Virus record (IMG/VR): IMGVR_UViG_3300029827_000121 | Span: 1 to 64,000 of that record | From: a virus | Length of the DNA stretch: 64,000 bases | Direction: 5' to 3' (one strand) | Shown: in pieces, positions 9,584 to 19,153 of the stretch | How positions within the stretch are numbered: position 1 is the first letter of the stretch | Layout: each line of letters starts with the position of its first letter | Notes under the pieces: model-generated | The model's database searches: none | The model's input: only the letters and a program-made list of their open reading frames with translations | Told to the model about the DNA's origin: nothing | Program-made: the position numbers and the translations under genes

Positions 9584-10331
9584 TAGAATTCTCCTCTATT
9601 TCCTTATACATTCCATTACTAATCAAATCCCAAGCTTTTTTATCTATTTTTGATAATAAAGTTATATCTGGATAATTATCGCCAACATAATCAAATGATT
9701 TTCTCAATATTTTTTCTTTAACACCAATTATAAAATGAAACTTCCTATCAGGTCCCCATTCCACCATTGTGCAAAATTTATTTGTATTTAAATATTTTTC
9801 AACATTCATGGGATGCCAGAAAGCATAATCATTATGTTTTTTGCGACCTTTCTTATTTCTTTCTGCAAATCTGCTTTGTACGATAATTACATCCAGTTTT
9901 GGAAGAATCACATTTTCAAACATCCGCACTTCTTTATTGCTGAAATGATAAAGTACATATGAAAGATACGCGGCATTTGTCTCATCTTTTAACTCACCGT
10001 TTTTAATACGTTTCATAAATTTTTTAATACTCATATTTAAAAACGTCGGTTCATGTTCTAATTCAGGAATGTGCTTTTTCGTTTCAAGCGCTTGCTGCCA
10101 ATATCCTTTTTCTTCTTCCACCCCTGTATAACAATTGGCAACTTGAGCGATATGATATGCGGCGAGTCCGGCATTACATCCCACTTCGAGCACGTTTTTT
10201 CCTTTGAATACATTCATATATTTCAACAACATAGGAAACCGAACCTGATATCTGTCAAATTTCTGATAAACAGTTCCATGTTTCGCCCAACTTCCCGACA
10301 ATTCCCTGTACTGATCTTTTGTCAATAACAT
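9204..10331 (-). CDS. Class I SAM methyltransferase with a long low-complexity tail overlapping the next gene
   Basis: VLEVGCNAG, YVLYHF; paralog of 228-830. Confidence 0.8.
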   Translation of the reverse strand: MLLTKDQYRELSGSWAKHGTVYQKFDRYQVRFPMLLKYMNVFKGKNVLEVGCNAGLAAYHIAQVANCYTGVEEEKGYWQQALETKKHIPELEHEPTFLNMSIKKFMKRIKNGELKDETNAAYLSYVLYHFSNKEVRMFENVILPKLDVIIVQSRFAERNKKGRKKHNDYAFWHPMNVEKYLNTNKFCTMVEWGPDRKFHFIIGVKEKILRKSFDYVGDNYPDITLLSKIDKKAWDLISNGMYKEIEENSNGDKGDSGIHSESACAVPEGRSASGGSEQPDKGEPCDTVEREVDSEGKSETVLPKKPESRRSIVLQSVVEESTEETVRDKDIQKVEKTPRPRRRSTTRKNSGSRSKPVIQKDAPQNDGVGDKDATC

Positions 10332-11275
10332 TTTAACACCTCCACGAAGTTTCTCATTGCTTGTTCGCGATTACCTATTTTATTAAGGATAAGTTCACGA
10401 TGAGTTTTATATCGCGTTTTATCCGATGATTTTATCGCTTTTATCGCCGAATCAACATCAAGAGCCTTATATCGCCATGCGGTTTCACCATCAATACAAT
10501 GATCGCTGCAACCCGCTAACGGAGCATCCGGATAGACGACCGTACATCCGCACAATGCAGCTTCCATCGGCGGATTATGCAATCCCTCTTTCGTGCTGGT
10601 AACAACCCATGTATCAACGACATTATATATCCGTATCAAGCTGCTGTAATCCGCATTTTTTACAAAAGAATAAAAATTGCTTTTAACGAATCTCTTTATT
10701 TTCTTATTCAAATCGATACCATATCCATAATATCGATAAGTATCACCAAGCTTTTTAACGATCTCCATCACGAAATCAAAATGTTTTCGCGGTTTATCTG
10801 ATATTAAAAAACCGATACTGTTTTTTTCATGGATATACAAATTATGCCATCGATATGAATCAATACCCTGATAAGCAATACGTGTTTCTATTCCATGGTT
10901 CGCGTACCAATCACGCAAATTTTCACTATTTACTATTACTTTTACTTTTGATGCCCATTTGAGCACTTTCCTTTTTGACATTTGATGGTTTTCCAAAAGC
11001 CTGCACCAATAGAACAATTTCGCTTTTTTCGGTGCATACTTCAGCATCGGTTTAATATCGCTGACGGTAACGGCGATACATGCATCGGCATCTTCTGAAA
11101 TCTTATTTACCGGTTTAGGATGTTTAAACCAGCGAAATTTATCCTTTGTCGCGACAATATGAACTTTATGACCAAGACTCTTCAATGAATTCGCGGATTT
11201 TAAAATGGTCGAAGTTCCGCCATTGGAATTTAGTTGTGACCAGTAAGGATGATTGGCGTAAAAACAGATATTCAT
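10322..11275 (-). CDS. Glycosyltransferase family 4
   Basis: GG near N-terminus, LGHKVHIV, EGLHNPPMEAALCG. Confidence 0.85.
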   Translation of the reverse strand: MNICFYANHPYWSQLNSNGGTSTILKSANSLKSLGHKVHIVATKDKFRWFKHPKPVNKISEDADACIAVTVSDIKPMLKYAPKKAKLFYWCRLLENHQMSKRKVLKWASKVKVIVNSENLRDWYANHGIETRIAYQGIDSYRWHNLYIHEKNSIGFLISDKPRKHFDFVMEIVKKLGDTYRYYGYGIDLNKKIKRFVKSNFYSFVKNADYSSLIRIYNVVDTWVVTSTKEGLHNPPMEAALCGCTVVYPDAPLAGCSDHCIDGETAWRYKALDVDSAIKAIKSSDKTRYKTHRELILNKIGNREQAMRNFVEVLKCY

Positions 11276-11436
11276 TGTCCCATCAACTTATCTATATATT
11301 GAACTGTTTCTTCTTTATTCAATTTTCTTTCCACTCCATTTTCAACTAATATGCTTCCATCTTCTGTGATTTGTATTCCATTACCAGTATACACACCACA
11401 TCCTTTCATCTTACTACAATCATCATTCTTATTCAT
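11272..11436 (-). CDS. Small hypothetical protein (54 aa)
   Basis: Hand-translated MNKNDDCSKMKGCGVYTG...KLMGQ; fills the operon gap with an ATGA overlap. Confidence 0.5.
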   Translation of the reverse strand: MNKNDDCSKMKGCGVYTGNGIQITEDGSILVENGVERKLNKEETVQYIDKLMGQ

Positions 11437-11438
11437 TT

Positions 11439-12209
11439 TTATAAAAATTTCTCCAAGGCTTTTACCACCGTTTTAACGGATGGTTGCCAATTATCCTCAT
11501 CAAGAACTTTGCACGGCGTATCAAACGGATTCCATATATGTTTATATCTATCCTTGTTGGTTCCTTTTATTGACTTTTGATATTTATTATCGGTCATAAT
11601 CACCTGAGGACATCCACATAAACTCGCCAAATGTCCCGGCCCGCTGGAAGGAGTAAGGAGCACTTTGCTGCTTGCCAAAATATCACATATAATGTTTAAT
11701 GAAAAATTCCGCATATCTTCCGTATTATCGATATAATGCGCTTCGGTTCCTATGCAACACACTTTTTTCGGTTTTAAAATTTCCAATAATTTTCGATATC
11801 GCGGTTTCGGCCAATTCCAACTTCTCTGCCCGTATTTATCGCACGCCCGCGCATGTATAACAAGATCGTAAGCGCATGCCTTTCGTTTAATTCCATATTT
11901 TAAATATTCTCTTTTCCATTCAGAACATATAGAGCGCGTCGGTTGAACGATATGCGTCTTCGGACAATCCCTTATGATAAGTTCTGGCATCTTTACTTTT
12001 TTACCATTCAACAACCATCTGTCCGGTAATCCTTTTTTATCGTGAAAAATATTCTCTTTCGCGAAATCACGATAAAGATACTCATGCTCTACTTTACTTA
12101 CAATAATAGTTTCATCGAATTTTCGGCTATATTTCCTGATGGCAGGAATCCATGTCATTATTTCCCATCCGAATTCTCCAAGCCATGGTCCCGCAAGAAG
12201 TGTTTTCAA
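11439..12209 (-). CDS. GT9 (heptosyltransferase-like) glycosyltransferase
   Basis: LGEFGWEI, VIHAR, NWP, SSGPGHLASLCGCP. Confidence 0.7.
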   Translation of the reverse strand: MKTLLAGPWLGEFGWEIMTWIPAIRKYSRKFDETIIVSKVEHEYLYRDFAKENIFHDKKGLPDRWLLNGKKVKMPELIIRDCPKTHIVQPTRSICSEWKREYLKYGIKRKACAYDLVIHARACDKYGQRSWNWPKPRYRKLLEILKPKKVCCIGTEAHYIDNTEDMRNFSLNIICDILASSKVLLTPSSGPGHLASLCGCPQVIMTDNKYQKSIKGTNKDRYKHIWNPFDTPCKVLDEDNWQPSVKTVVKALEKFL

Positions 12210-12514
12210 AAGAAATACTCCTCCGTCGAATTTTTACGATGTGACTTACCTATCACTTTAAAAAAGAATTCCGGTACTTTGCCGCGTTTTTTCATATTGG
12301 CTATTCGATTACGTTCTCCCCAATTCGGCGGTCCTATGGTGACCAGCATTTCTCCATAAAATTTTTTATCCCTATCCAATCGTTTCGTTGCTTTTACGCG
12401 AAATTCTCCACCTTCATCCATCACCGTTACATACTGAATACCGTCGGTAAGGAGACATTTTTCCACCGCCAATTTCGCCATTTCAGCGCTTTTTTTTAAA
12501 AATTCCTCATCCAT
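12206..12514 (-). CDS. Hypothetical protein
   Basis: Operon-embedded ORF. Confidence 0.6.
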   Translation of the reverse strand: MDEEFLKKSAEMAKLAVEKCLLTDGIQYVTVMDEGGEFRVKATKRLDRDKKFYGEMLVTIGPPNWGERNRIANMKKRGKVPEFFFKVIGKSHRKNSTEEYFF

Positions 12515-12515
12515 T

Positions 12516-13223
12516 TCAACTCTTTCTCAAAAGCTTTTCGCATTTCCTTTGCAACCGTTTTTTTCTTCGCGTTACATGATCGTTCCAGTAATAAATCACT
12601 TTATGAATATGCCTCACCTTTTTTAATCCCGTAATGCCGATACAACCAAATATCAAAGCCAAATCACTCGCCGCTTCGAGCCATTTTCCACCATGTTGAA
12701 ACCATTGCGGTTTTGCCTGTTTGATAATTTTCCATTTGATTGTTTTCAAATGCGATCCACGCCACGGCAATTTCCTGATATCGCCGTTTCGCGGATACGG
12801 TTTGCTGATTTTCGTTCTTCTCCCTTTTGAAATCTTTTTATAACTTCCATGAGTAATCATGGTATCAGGATATTTACGATAAACACGTTCAACGGTTGCA
12901 AGCGCTTCCTTGCTGATATAATCGTCGGCGTCAACTACCACCGCCACATCGTCATTATCAGGTTTAAAAACATGTTTCGTGAGACCTATAATCGAATACA
13001 TATTTCTGCAAAGTCCGAAATTGTTCAAATTCGTTGACAAAACAAATCTATTATCATCTTTTATCGCTGCATTCGTTACGATTACTGAATTATCCATCGG
13101 CGCATCCAGCGATATGATCGCTTTCCATCGCGAATATGTCTGTCTTCGTATCGATCTTATGCATTTTTCAACTGTTTTTTCGCAGTTTCTTCCTCTGATA
13201 AGGAAGATAAATGTAATCTCCAT
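12516..13223 (-). CDS. Glycosyltransferase family 2
   Basis: KCIRSIRRQTY, VVDADD, AASDLAL. Confidence 0.85.
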   Translation of the reverse strand: MEITFIFLIRGRNCEKTVEKCIRSIRRQTYSRWKAIISLDAPMDNSVIVTNAAIKDDNRFVLSTNLNNFGLCRNMYSIIGLTKHVFKPDNDDVAVVVDADDYISKEALATVERVYRKYPDTMITHGSYKKISKGRRTKISKPYPRNGDIRKLPWRGSHLKTIKWKIIKQAKPQWFQHGGKWLEAASDLALIFGCIGITGLKKVRHIHKVIYYWNDHVTRRKKRLQRKCEKLLRKS

Positions 13224-14101
13224 TTTGTATACTTTCGAACACGTCTCAATATCTCTCTTATTTTGGCATTTTCACCCGCTTTTCTTCGTATTTGAAGCCA
13301 TAACGAATCTTTTTCGAGTTTGGCGAGTAATTTCAGATTTTCAACCGCTACCCGTCCGGCGAGTCTTTTTTTGCCGTGTTTTTTCTTTATAAAATCACCC
13401 AGATGTATATCCCTGTAAATTTTCGGCGCATGTTTTTTGTAAACGTTTTTATTTTTTCTCGTCGGAGCGGGCAATCCCGCCTTTTTAACAATTCTATAAA
13501 GCATCACTTCGTCATATTCTCTGTACGACGCGGGAATATGACTGTCGATACCGTCCGCAAGATTGTGTTTAATAAAAGAACGATACTTTTTCTGAATTTC
13601 CCGCGTTTTTTCAAACCATTCCGGATTCTTAAAAACGAAAGAACCGCCAGCGATTCTCGTAAAATCACCTTTCCATCCAATCCTATTTATATTGTAACGC
13701 CTTGGATGCCGGTAAGGACCGCGCACCCCGAAATACGGAAGATTACCCATGGCCGTTTTAAAGAATTTCAGATGAGAAATCTTGTGCGGGAATATAAGAA
13801 AATCGATATCCTTTATAAAAACATAGTCATATCCCTTATATTCCTTTTCGTTTACAAGAAATCGCAGACAATTCGTTATAAACGGCCTGTTCGGGTACGA
13901 TTTGAAACAATCTTCCTTAACTTCCCATCCGTCATACGGAATCATTTTCAAAGCTTCACGGGTATTATCCTTCAATTCTCCTTTAACAAATACTTTAACA
14001 CCGGCATCCGGATACGCTTTCTTCGTCGTATAGACGAATAAAGGTATAAAGAACTGATATGAATCATTCGTGCAAACGGATGAGAAGCAGAATTTACTCA
14101 T
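13157..14101 (-). CDS. Putative glycosyltransferase (GT-A-like)
   Basis: LRFL, YVFIKDIDF (DxD), DEVMLY. Confidence 0.5.
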   Translation of the reverse strand: MSKFCFSSVCTNDSYQFFIPLFVYTTKKAYPDAGVKVFVKGELKDNTREALKMIPYDGWEVKEDCFKSYPNRPFITNCLRFLVNEKEYKGYDYVFIKDIDFLIFPHKISHLKFFKTAMGNLPYFGVRGPYRHPRRYNINRIGWKGDFTRIAGGSFVFKNPEWFEKTREIQKKYRSFIKHNLADGIDSHIPASYREYDEVMLYRIVKKAGLPAPTRKNKNVYKKHAPKIYRDIHLGDFIKKKHGKKRLAGRVAVENLKLLAKLEKDSLWLQIRRKAGENAKIREILRRVRKYTKWRLHLSSLSEEETAKKQLKNA

Positions 14102-14232
14102 TTTTTCTTTCCATGCACGCCTTTGATAGTTCCCTTGTTCGCCGATGCATAGAATACGTTCTCCCCTTTTTTGGAACCGTATTCCTGTTTCATGTTCGTC
14201 ATTATTTTCTTACCCTTTTTTGTCAACGGCAT
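14098..14232 (-). CDS. Small basic phage protein
   Basis: MPLTKKGKKIMTNMKQEYGSKKGENVFYAS; RBS AGGAG. Confidence 0.65.
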   Translation of the reverse strand: MPLTKKGKKIMTNMKQEYGSKKGENVFYASANKGTIKGVHGKKK

Positions 14233-14233
14233 A

Positions 14234-14428
14234 TTATCTCCTTTTCGTATTTTTCCACATTGCGGCGGCGGCAACGTTTTCTCCCGCTTCCTTGCTGCCA
14301 TATGTTTTCGCGGCTTTTGCGGCTACCTTTCCGAAATTCTTTCCCGGCTTACCGATATCTTTTCCGGCACTCGCCTTTTTAGCGATTCCGCTTTTCTGTT
14401 TCTCACTCAATCCGCTTGACGGTTTCAT
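14234..14428 (-). CDS. Small basic phage protein
   Basis: K/A/G-rich 64-aa ORF with RBS AGGAG. Confidence 0.6.
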   Translation of the reverse strand: MKPSSGLSEKQKSGIAKKASAGKDIGKPGKNFGKVAAKAAKTYGSKEAGENVAAAAMWKNTKRR

Positions 14429-14846
14429 CCTGATGCTCCTTTCTCCACACGAGTAATTTATTTCCTTTTATAACTTCTTGTTTGAAACCCCATTTCAAAC
14501 ACAATTCCCTTCCGCCTTCAGTAGATATACCTGTTACAATAATATTGAAAAATCCCGAACCGGTAATAAATCCCATAATCTGATCGCCGATTCCCTCGCC
14601 GCGATCATCCGGATCGTATACAATAATATCAGTCAATATAACCGTTTCATTTATCACCGGTGCGGTACCGTTATTTCTTTTAAAATGCACGTTTTTCGTC
14701 AGTATCGCTCTGCCGAGAATCTTGTTATCCTTACCCATTATCGGTATGTTTACCAAAAAATCAACCGGCACACATTCATACTCAACAAACAAACCTTTCC
14801 CTTCAATCGCATATCTGGTTTTGATTATATTCATCTCGTACACCAT
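14403..14846 (-). CDS. GNAT-like acetyltransferase
   Basis: Acetyl-CoA motif IVYDPDDRGEGIG, CLKWGF. Confidence 0.6.
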   Translation of the reverse strand: MVYEMNIIKTRYAIEGKGLFVEYECVPVDFLVNIPIMGKDNKILGRAILTKNVHFKRNNGTAPVINETVILTDIIVYDPDDRGEGIGDQIMGFITGSGFFNIIVTGISTEGGRELCLKWGFKQEVIKGNKLLVWRKEHQDETVKRIE

Positions 14847-16885
14847 GCGGTCATACTGTGATTTTCTTCCTTCTTTATTCTTAACACCGGGGAATAATCC
14901 CTTAATTTTTTCATTTCTATTTTCTCTTTCTTTCTCCGTCTCACTTCGCTTAATATAAGTAACAAGGCTTTGACGAATCCGTTATTATCGACATCCGGAC
15001 CTTCCTTCTTCACCGACCAGAGAGCTATCGCGGTTCGCATATCCTTCAAATCGTTATGAATGATGATATTGTTTTCTCCGTACATTTTAATACCGAGCGC
15101 AATGGCTCCGAATTCATCGTATTTTTCAGCGAAAGCAATGTACAATCCCGACCGCAGAAGAATTTCTCCCAATGGTTGCCGGTCCTCATTGTTATTGAAC
15201 ATTTCATTATTTCCGATAACACGTATTTCCCGGTCATCGTCATAGCACCCTTTATGCGTACTTCTATTCACGATTCTCGCGATAACATCCGGATCGGGAT
15301 GCTCCTGTTTGAATTCTGCATAAATCCACAATTTGTCAATGAATTGCTGGTATATCGCCGCGATTCCATTAATGGAAAGATCCTTGTTAAGCACCAGGGC
15401 GGCATAGTGAAGAACATCCACCATGAAAATGCCGTCAAAAGAAGGATCGGTCAGATGATCGTAATTCCAATCTATGGTAAAATTATTCGACACACTCCGA
15501 TTATCCGGACGTTCAAATATCTTTTTACTACCCTTATAAAAACAGATTATAACCGCATCGGCCCTGTCCGGACTTCTTCCCACTCTTTTTTTATGTTCCG
15601 CTTTCGGTTCGATTTTCATTTTATTATTGGAAGCGGGACGCCACTCTCTCGTTGACATTTCCTCTATAAGATCTTCATCATCGCACAATTCTATCGATCC
15701 TATAATTTCCGCCATATAGAACCACATCTCGGAACCGGAATCCGGATACCGATCATCATCGATTTTCGTATTCGATAGACACGGCACCACTTCAATATTA
15801 TCAGTTTCATTCAACGCCAGTTCATCGCCGATGGGACCGCCCAAACCATGATCATCAATTTTAATTCTTACCTTACTTTTGATTCCGGTTTTAATCCGAT
15901 ATTCACGCAACATTTTCAAGGCATGGCCGATGGTCTCCGGTCCTTTTGTTTTCGGGAATACGCGCACTTCCAACAACTTCATTCCCTGCCGCATCGCGAT
16001 CGCGGTAAGGTCGTTTCCTTCCCTTGCCGGATCGATTCCCATTTCCAAATAATCACCCGCCGGAACATCCCGGTCCTTCGCGGCATGACAATCGGAAAGA
16101 GATATAATTGCCATGGGATTCCCAAGTGGAGGCATCCCCAGAACATACACCCGGTACATATCCGATTCTCTCGGAAACCGCTGCATGCGTTTGAACCATA
16201 TATTGTTTTTCCGTTCGGAATGTTCGGTGCTTAACCGGATACGATACCAATCATTTTTATCCTTATAATGAGAATCATAGAAGGGACCGGATGCCAAGGT
16301 GGGGTTTCCGGCCATAACGATTTTATTATCCGGATCGTTCATTCCCGCCAAGATCGCATCGATAATAACTTTTTCGACATTTGAAGCTTCATCAACCAGC
16401 CACAAAACGTGAGTGGCATGAACGCCGGAAATATTCTCCTTGTCCTTGGTAGTCATTATCTGTCCGAAGGCATGCATGGTGGGATCGACATGATAAATTT
16501 TCTCACCGGTAAGTCGTATCTCATCGGTAAGATTCGAACCGTCAAGCCACTTCCTTATCTCCGCCCAAAGCGTTGCCTTCAGGTTTTCGTATTTGGGACC
16601 GGTGGCGATTACGCGGGATTCATTCCTTGTCCATATCCACCAAAGAGCCAGAAAGGCGAGAGAGCTGGTTTTCGTACATCCTCTTCCTGAAAATATTGAC
16701 ACGTAATCATGCGTGGCCACCGCTTTCAGAATCAATTTTGTCTGCGGTTCAAGCCGTCTTCCGATCTTGTTGGCCGCGACTTCCTCCGGAGTAAGACGTA
16801 ATACCTGTTGTTCAGTGAAGGCTATGGGGCGGGGATAATAATATTCGTACTTATTGGCGGACATCGGAGGTCTTTTACGCGGCAT
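14831..16885 (-). CDS. terL: Terminase large subunit
   Basis: Walker A SGRGCTKT, Walker B WLVDEA, GNP coupling motif, RNase H GIDPAREGNDLT and SPDRADA; about 230-aa C-terminal extension. Confidence 0.92.
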   Translation of the reverse strand: MPRKRPPMSANKYEYYYPRPIAFTEQQVLRLTPEEVAANKIGRRLEPQTKLILKAVATHDYVSIFSGRGCTKTSSLAFLALWWIWTRNESRVIATGPKYENLKATLWAEIRKWLDGSNLTDEIRLTGEKIYHVDPTMHAFGQIMTTKDKENISGVHATHVLWLVDEASNVEKVIIDAILAGMNDPDNKIVMAGNPTLASGPFYDSHYKDKNDWYRIRLSTEHSERKNNIWFKRMQRFPRESDMYRVYVLGMPPLGNPMAIISLSDCHAAKDRDVPAGDYLEMGIDPAREGNDLTAIAMRQGMKLLEVRVFPKTKGPETIGHALKMLREYRIKTGIKSKVRIKIDDHGLGGPIGDELALNETDNIEVVPCLSNTKIDDDRYPDSGSEMWFYMAEIIGSIELCDDEDLIEEMSTREWRPASNNKMKIEPKAEHKKRVGRSPDRADAVIICFYKGSKKIFERPDNRSVSNNFTIDWNYDHLTDPSFDGIFMVDVLHYAALVLNKDLSINGIAAIYQQFIDKLWIYAEFKQEHPDPDVIARIVNRSTHKGCYDDDREIRVIGNNEMFNNNEDRQPLGEILLRSGLYIAFAEKYDEFGAIALGIKMYGENNIIIHNDLKDMRTAIALWSVKKEGPDVDNNGFVKALLLILSEVRRRKKEKIEMKKLRDYSPVLRIKKEENHSMTAWCTR

Positions 16886-17372
16886 TCAAAACCTCCAGAT
16901 TCAAATCATTCAACAATAAATTCTCTTTTGAAAATTCTCTTATTTTTTTATTATACGCTTCCGCCGCATCCATTTCGGAAGCGAAATACCCTATCGGCAA
17001 ATCAAGAAGATGCGCTTTCCATAAACCGTAATACCCATCCCACTTTACCCCGGTAAACCGCGACACTCCATTGGAAGCCCACCATTTGACCGGTTCTCCC
17101 CGTGGATTGATCACCGATAAATTCGCACGTTGCAAATTAAGCGGATTATGGTCCCGGAACTTAAGCAGATAATTTTTTGATATTCCCGCGACAACTTTAT
17201 GCAGATAAATGAACTGTTGTTTATGCAACAACGGATTGATCCCGAAACGACGGGCATACCTGAAACCTTTTCTCCCATGATTAGCAATACTCCACTTCCA
17301 ATGATGCAACCAATCGTAAATATCATCGTCAGTAAGACAGTAGATATTTCGTGATAAACAAAAAGCTTTCAT
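16875..17372 (-). CDS. HNH-AP2 homing endonuclease-like protein (HNH degenerate)
   Basis: YLHKVV...DHNPLNLQRANL; AP2 SRFTGVKW...WKA...GYFASEMDAAEAYN. Confidence 0.8.
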   Translation of the reverse strand: MKAFCLSRNIYCLTDDDIYDWLHHWKWSIANHGRKGFRYARRFGINPLLHKQQFIYLHKVVAGISKNYLLKFRDHNPLNLQRANLSVINPRGEPVKWWASNGVSRFTGVKWDGYYGLWKAHLLDLPIGYFASEMDAAEAYNKKIREFSKENLLLNDLNLEVLNAA

Positions 17373-17623
17373 TGAATCGCCGAAAGTCGCCGACAGATAT
17401 AATCGTAACAAAGTTCAGTTATATTCAAACTATTCGGTTCAGAACGGTGAAGCCACATTTCTCGTTGAACATGCGCTTTTACTTCCTCTAATGATGGCAA
17501 GCTACGTTTATTGGCGGCATTCGTCGCAGCCTCCCAAATTTTAGAAGCCAATTCAAGGCTTATTCCAGACTCTTCCCCACCATAAAACGCAAACCACTCT
17601 CGAACATTATTCGGCGCAATCAT
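17369..17623 (-). CDS. Hypothetical phage protein
   Basis: RBS AGGAG; operon-embedded. Confidence 0.55.
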   Translation of the reverse strand: MIAPNNVREWFAFYGGEESGISLELASKIWEAATNAANKRSLPSLEEVKAHVQREMWLHRSEPNSLNITELCYDYICRRLSAIQ

Positions 17624-17641
17624 AAAAGCTCCTATTTATCT

Positions 17642-17839
17642 TTACCAAATACCGCGTACAAAATTATCAATGTACTCCTCACATGACTCCTGAAACTCCC
17701 TGATAAGCTCCACCGCCTCATTAATGCGATCGGCATCCTCCTTCGATTCGCAAATCTCCTGCGGCTTAATATTTCCACTATACGCAAGGTCATACCAGAA
17801 ATCATTCGTCGATACCTGACAATTAGACCTGATATTCAT
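17642..17839 (-). CDS. Hypothetical phage protein
   Basis: Acidic 65-aa ORF with RBS. Confidence 0.55.
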   Translation of the reverse strand: MNIRSNCQVSTNDFWYDLAYSGNIKPQEICESKEDADRINEAVELIREFQESCEEYIDNFVRGIW

Positions 17840-17848
17840 GAAAATTCC

Positions 17849-18055
17849 TCACTCCTTTTTATCAGAATCAGTCGATGCAACAACTTGAGATAAATCCTTA
17901 TTAGGATCAACTTCATCTAATCCGCATTCTTTAATTATTTTAAAAATCGATATAATCAATCCAGCAATTATTTCAGCAGTATTACCTTTTCTTGTAATAT
18001 GAACAACATCTCTCTCTTCCTTCATATGAAACTCAAACATCCAACCTCCTCCCAT
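17849..18055 (-). CDS. Hypothetical protein
   Basis: Operon-embedded; RBS GGAGG before MFEF. Confidence 0.5.
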   Translation of the reverse strand: MGGGWMFEFHMKEERDVVHITRKGNTAEIIAGLIISIFKIIKECGLDEVDPNKDLSQVVASTDSDKKE

Positions 18056-18311
18056 TCACCATTAAATTTCCCCTACAACAATTCAACGTATTCCCATCAA
18101 CAAACTCCACCCGATCCCCCCTCTGCGCTCCCGCTATAAACCGATGCAAATAAACCTTCCGCACTACCCGCCCTTCACGCTTCCCATACATCACATAATA
18201 ACCCTCATTGTATTTACCCTTGTTTAAACACCACCTCCTGTCCTTCACCCGCCACCAATCAGACTCATCCACCAATACCACCCGATTACCCACTATCAAA
18301 ACCTTCGACAT
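18033..18311 (-). CDS. HNH_3-like endonuclease fragment (no AP2)
   Basis: LVDESD...YLHRFIAG...VEFVDGNTLNCCRGNL. Confidence 0.6.
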   Translation of the reverse strand: MSKVLIVGNRVVLVDESDWWRVKDRRWCLNKGKYNEGYYVMYGKREGRVVRKVYLHRFIAGAQRGDRVEFVDGNTLNCCRGNLMVNGRRLDV

Positions 18312-18617
18312 TAAACCATCACCATCCTATCCCACGAATATGTTGTGTGGAAATAAAGAGGCGTTCCATAGTGTCAGGCGCGATGAATAAAGCTTCGCTT
18401 GATTACAGACCATTCGAAATAACACGGGACGGTCACTTCCCGGAACTTTTTTCGCGCCATCAAACATAAAACGCCTCCATATTTCTACACAACATACCTC
18501 GAATACTTATAAAAAGGGTGCTGATGCAACCTGCCCGATACGGATAACCTCTCGGCTACGTTTTGTCCACAACTCCGCCGTCGCTCGGTCGCATGATGTG
18601 GCTTTCATTTCAGCACC

Positions 18618-18827
18618 CTATACATGCTTCCTCCAATTATTGTACATGCGAATCGCCGCCGATACCAAAGCCGTCCCAAGCGTTACAAGCACAACCGCCG
18701 TTTTTTCGTCTATCTCTATCCCAAGATGTTGAGCAACGAAAACTATGGCAGCTACCACCAACCCGGAAACCGTAACTCCGGTTGCCTCATTAAGACCCTT
18801 CCTCGTCGTAATCGCCAAATCCGCCAT
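18618..18827 (-). CDS. Holin-like two-TM membrane protein
   Basis: Two hydrophobic helices, basic C-terminus, RBS AGGAG. Confidence 0.55.
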   Translation of the reverse strand: MADLAITTRKGLNEATGVTVSGLVVAAIVFVAQHLGIEIDEKTAVVLVTLGTALVSAAIRMYNNWRKHV

Positions 18828-19153
18828 AATCACTCCTTTTGCTAAAACATATCATTTACATGCGGAAATCTTATTCCTCTATGTAAACCTTGTTTCCATA
18901 GATGGTAATGAAAAATTGACGCGCTGGGGGGAGAGGATATATATATAAAACAAAAGAGTCAAGCGCGTGAGCGGGAACATCCCCCCCCCTATCCTTTCCA
19001 TTTAGGGCATTTAAGCGTTAAAGGAAATCATAGTTTACATTAGGCATTAGTTTACACTTTTATCATTATGCGACATCCAATAATGGCGTTTCTGATCAAA
19101 TTTAGCCATTTTAATGCTTATCGATGTCAATAGTTGTGTTATTCTACCAATTA

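Noticed and set aside
1976-16794. Plus-strand ORFs opposite the glycan/terminase operon, and those opposite virion genes at 41.8-64 kb
   Set aside because: Antisense shadows of well-supported minus-strand genes.
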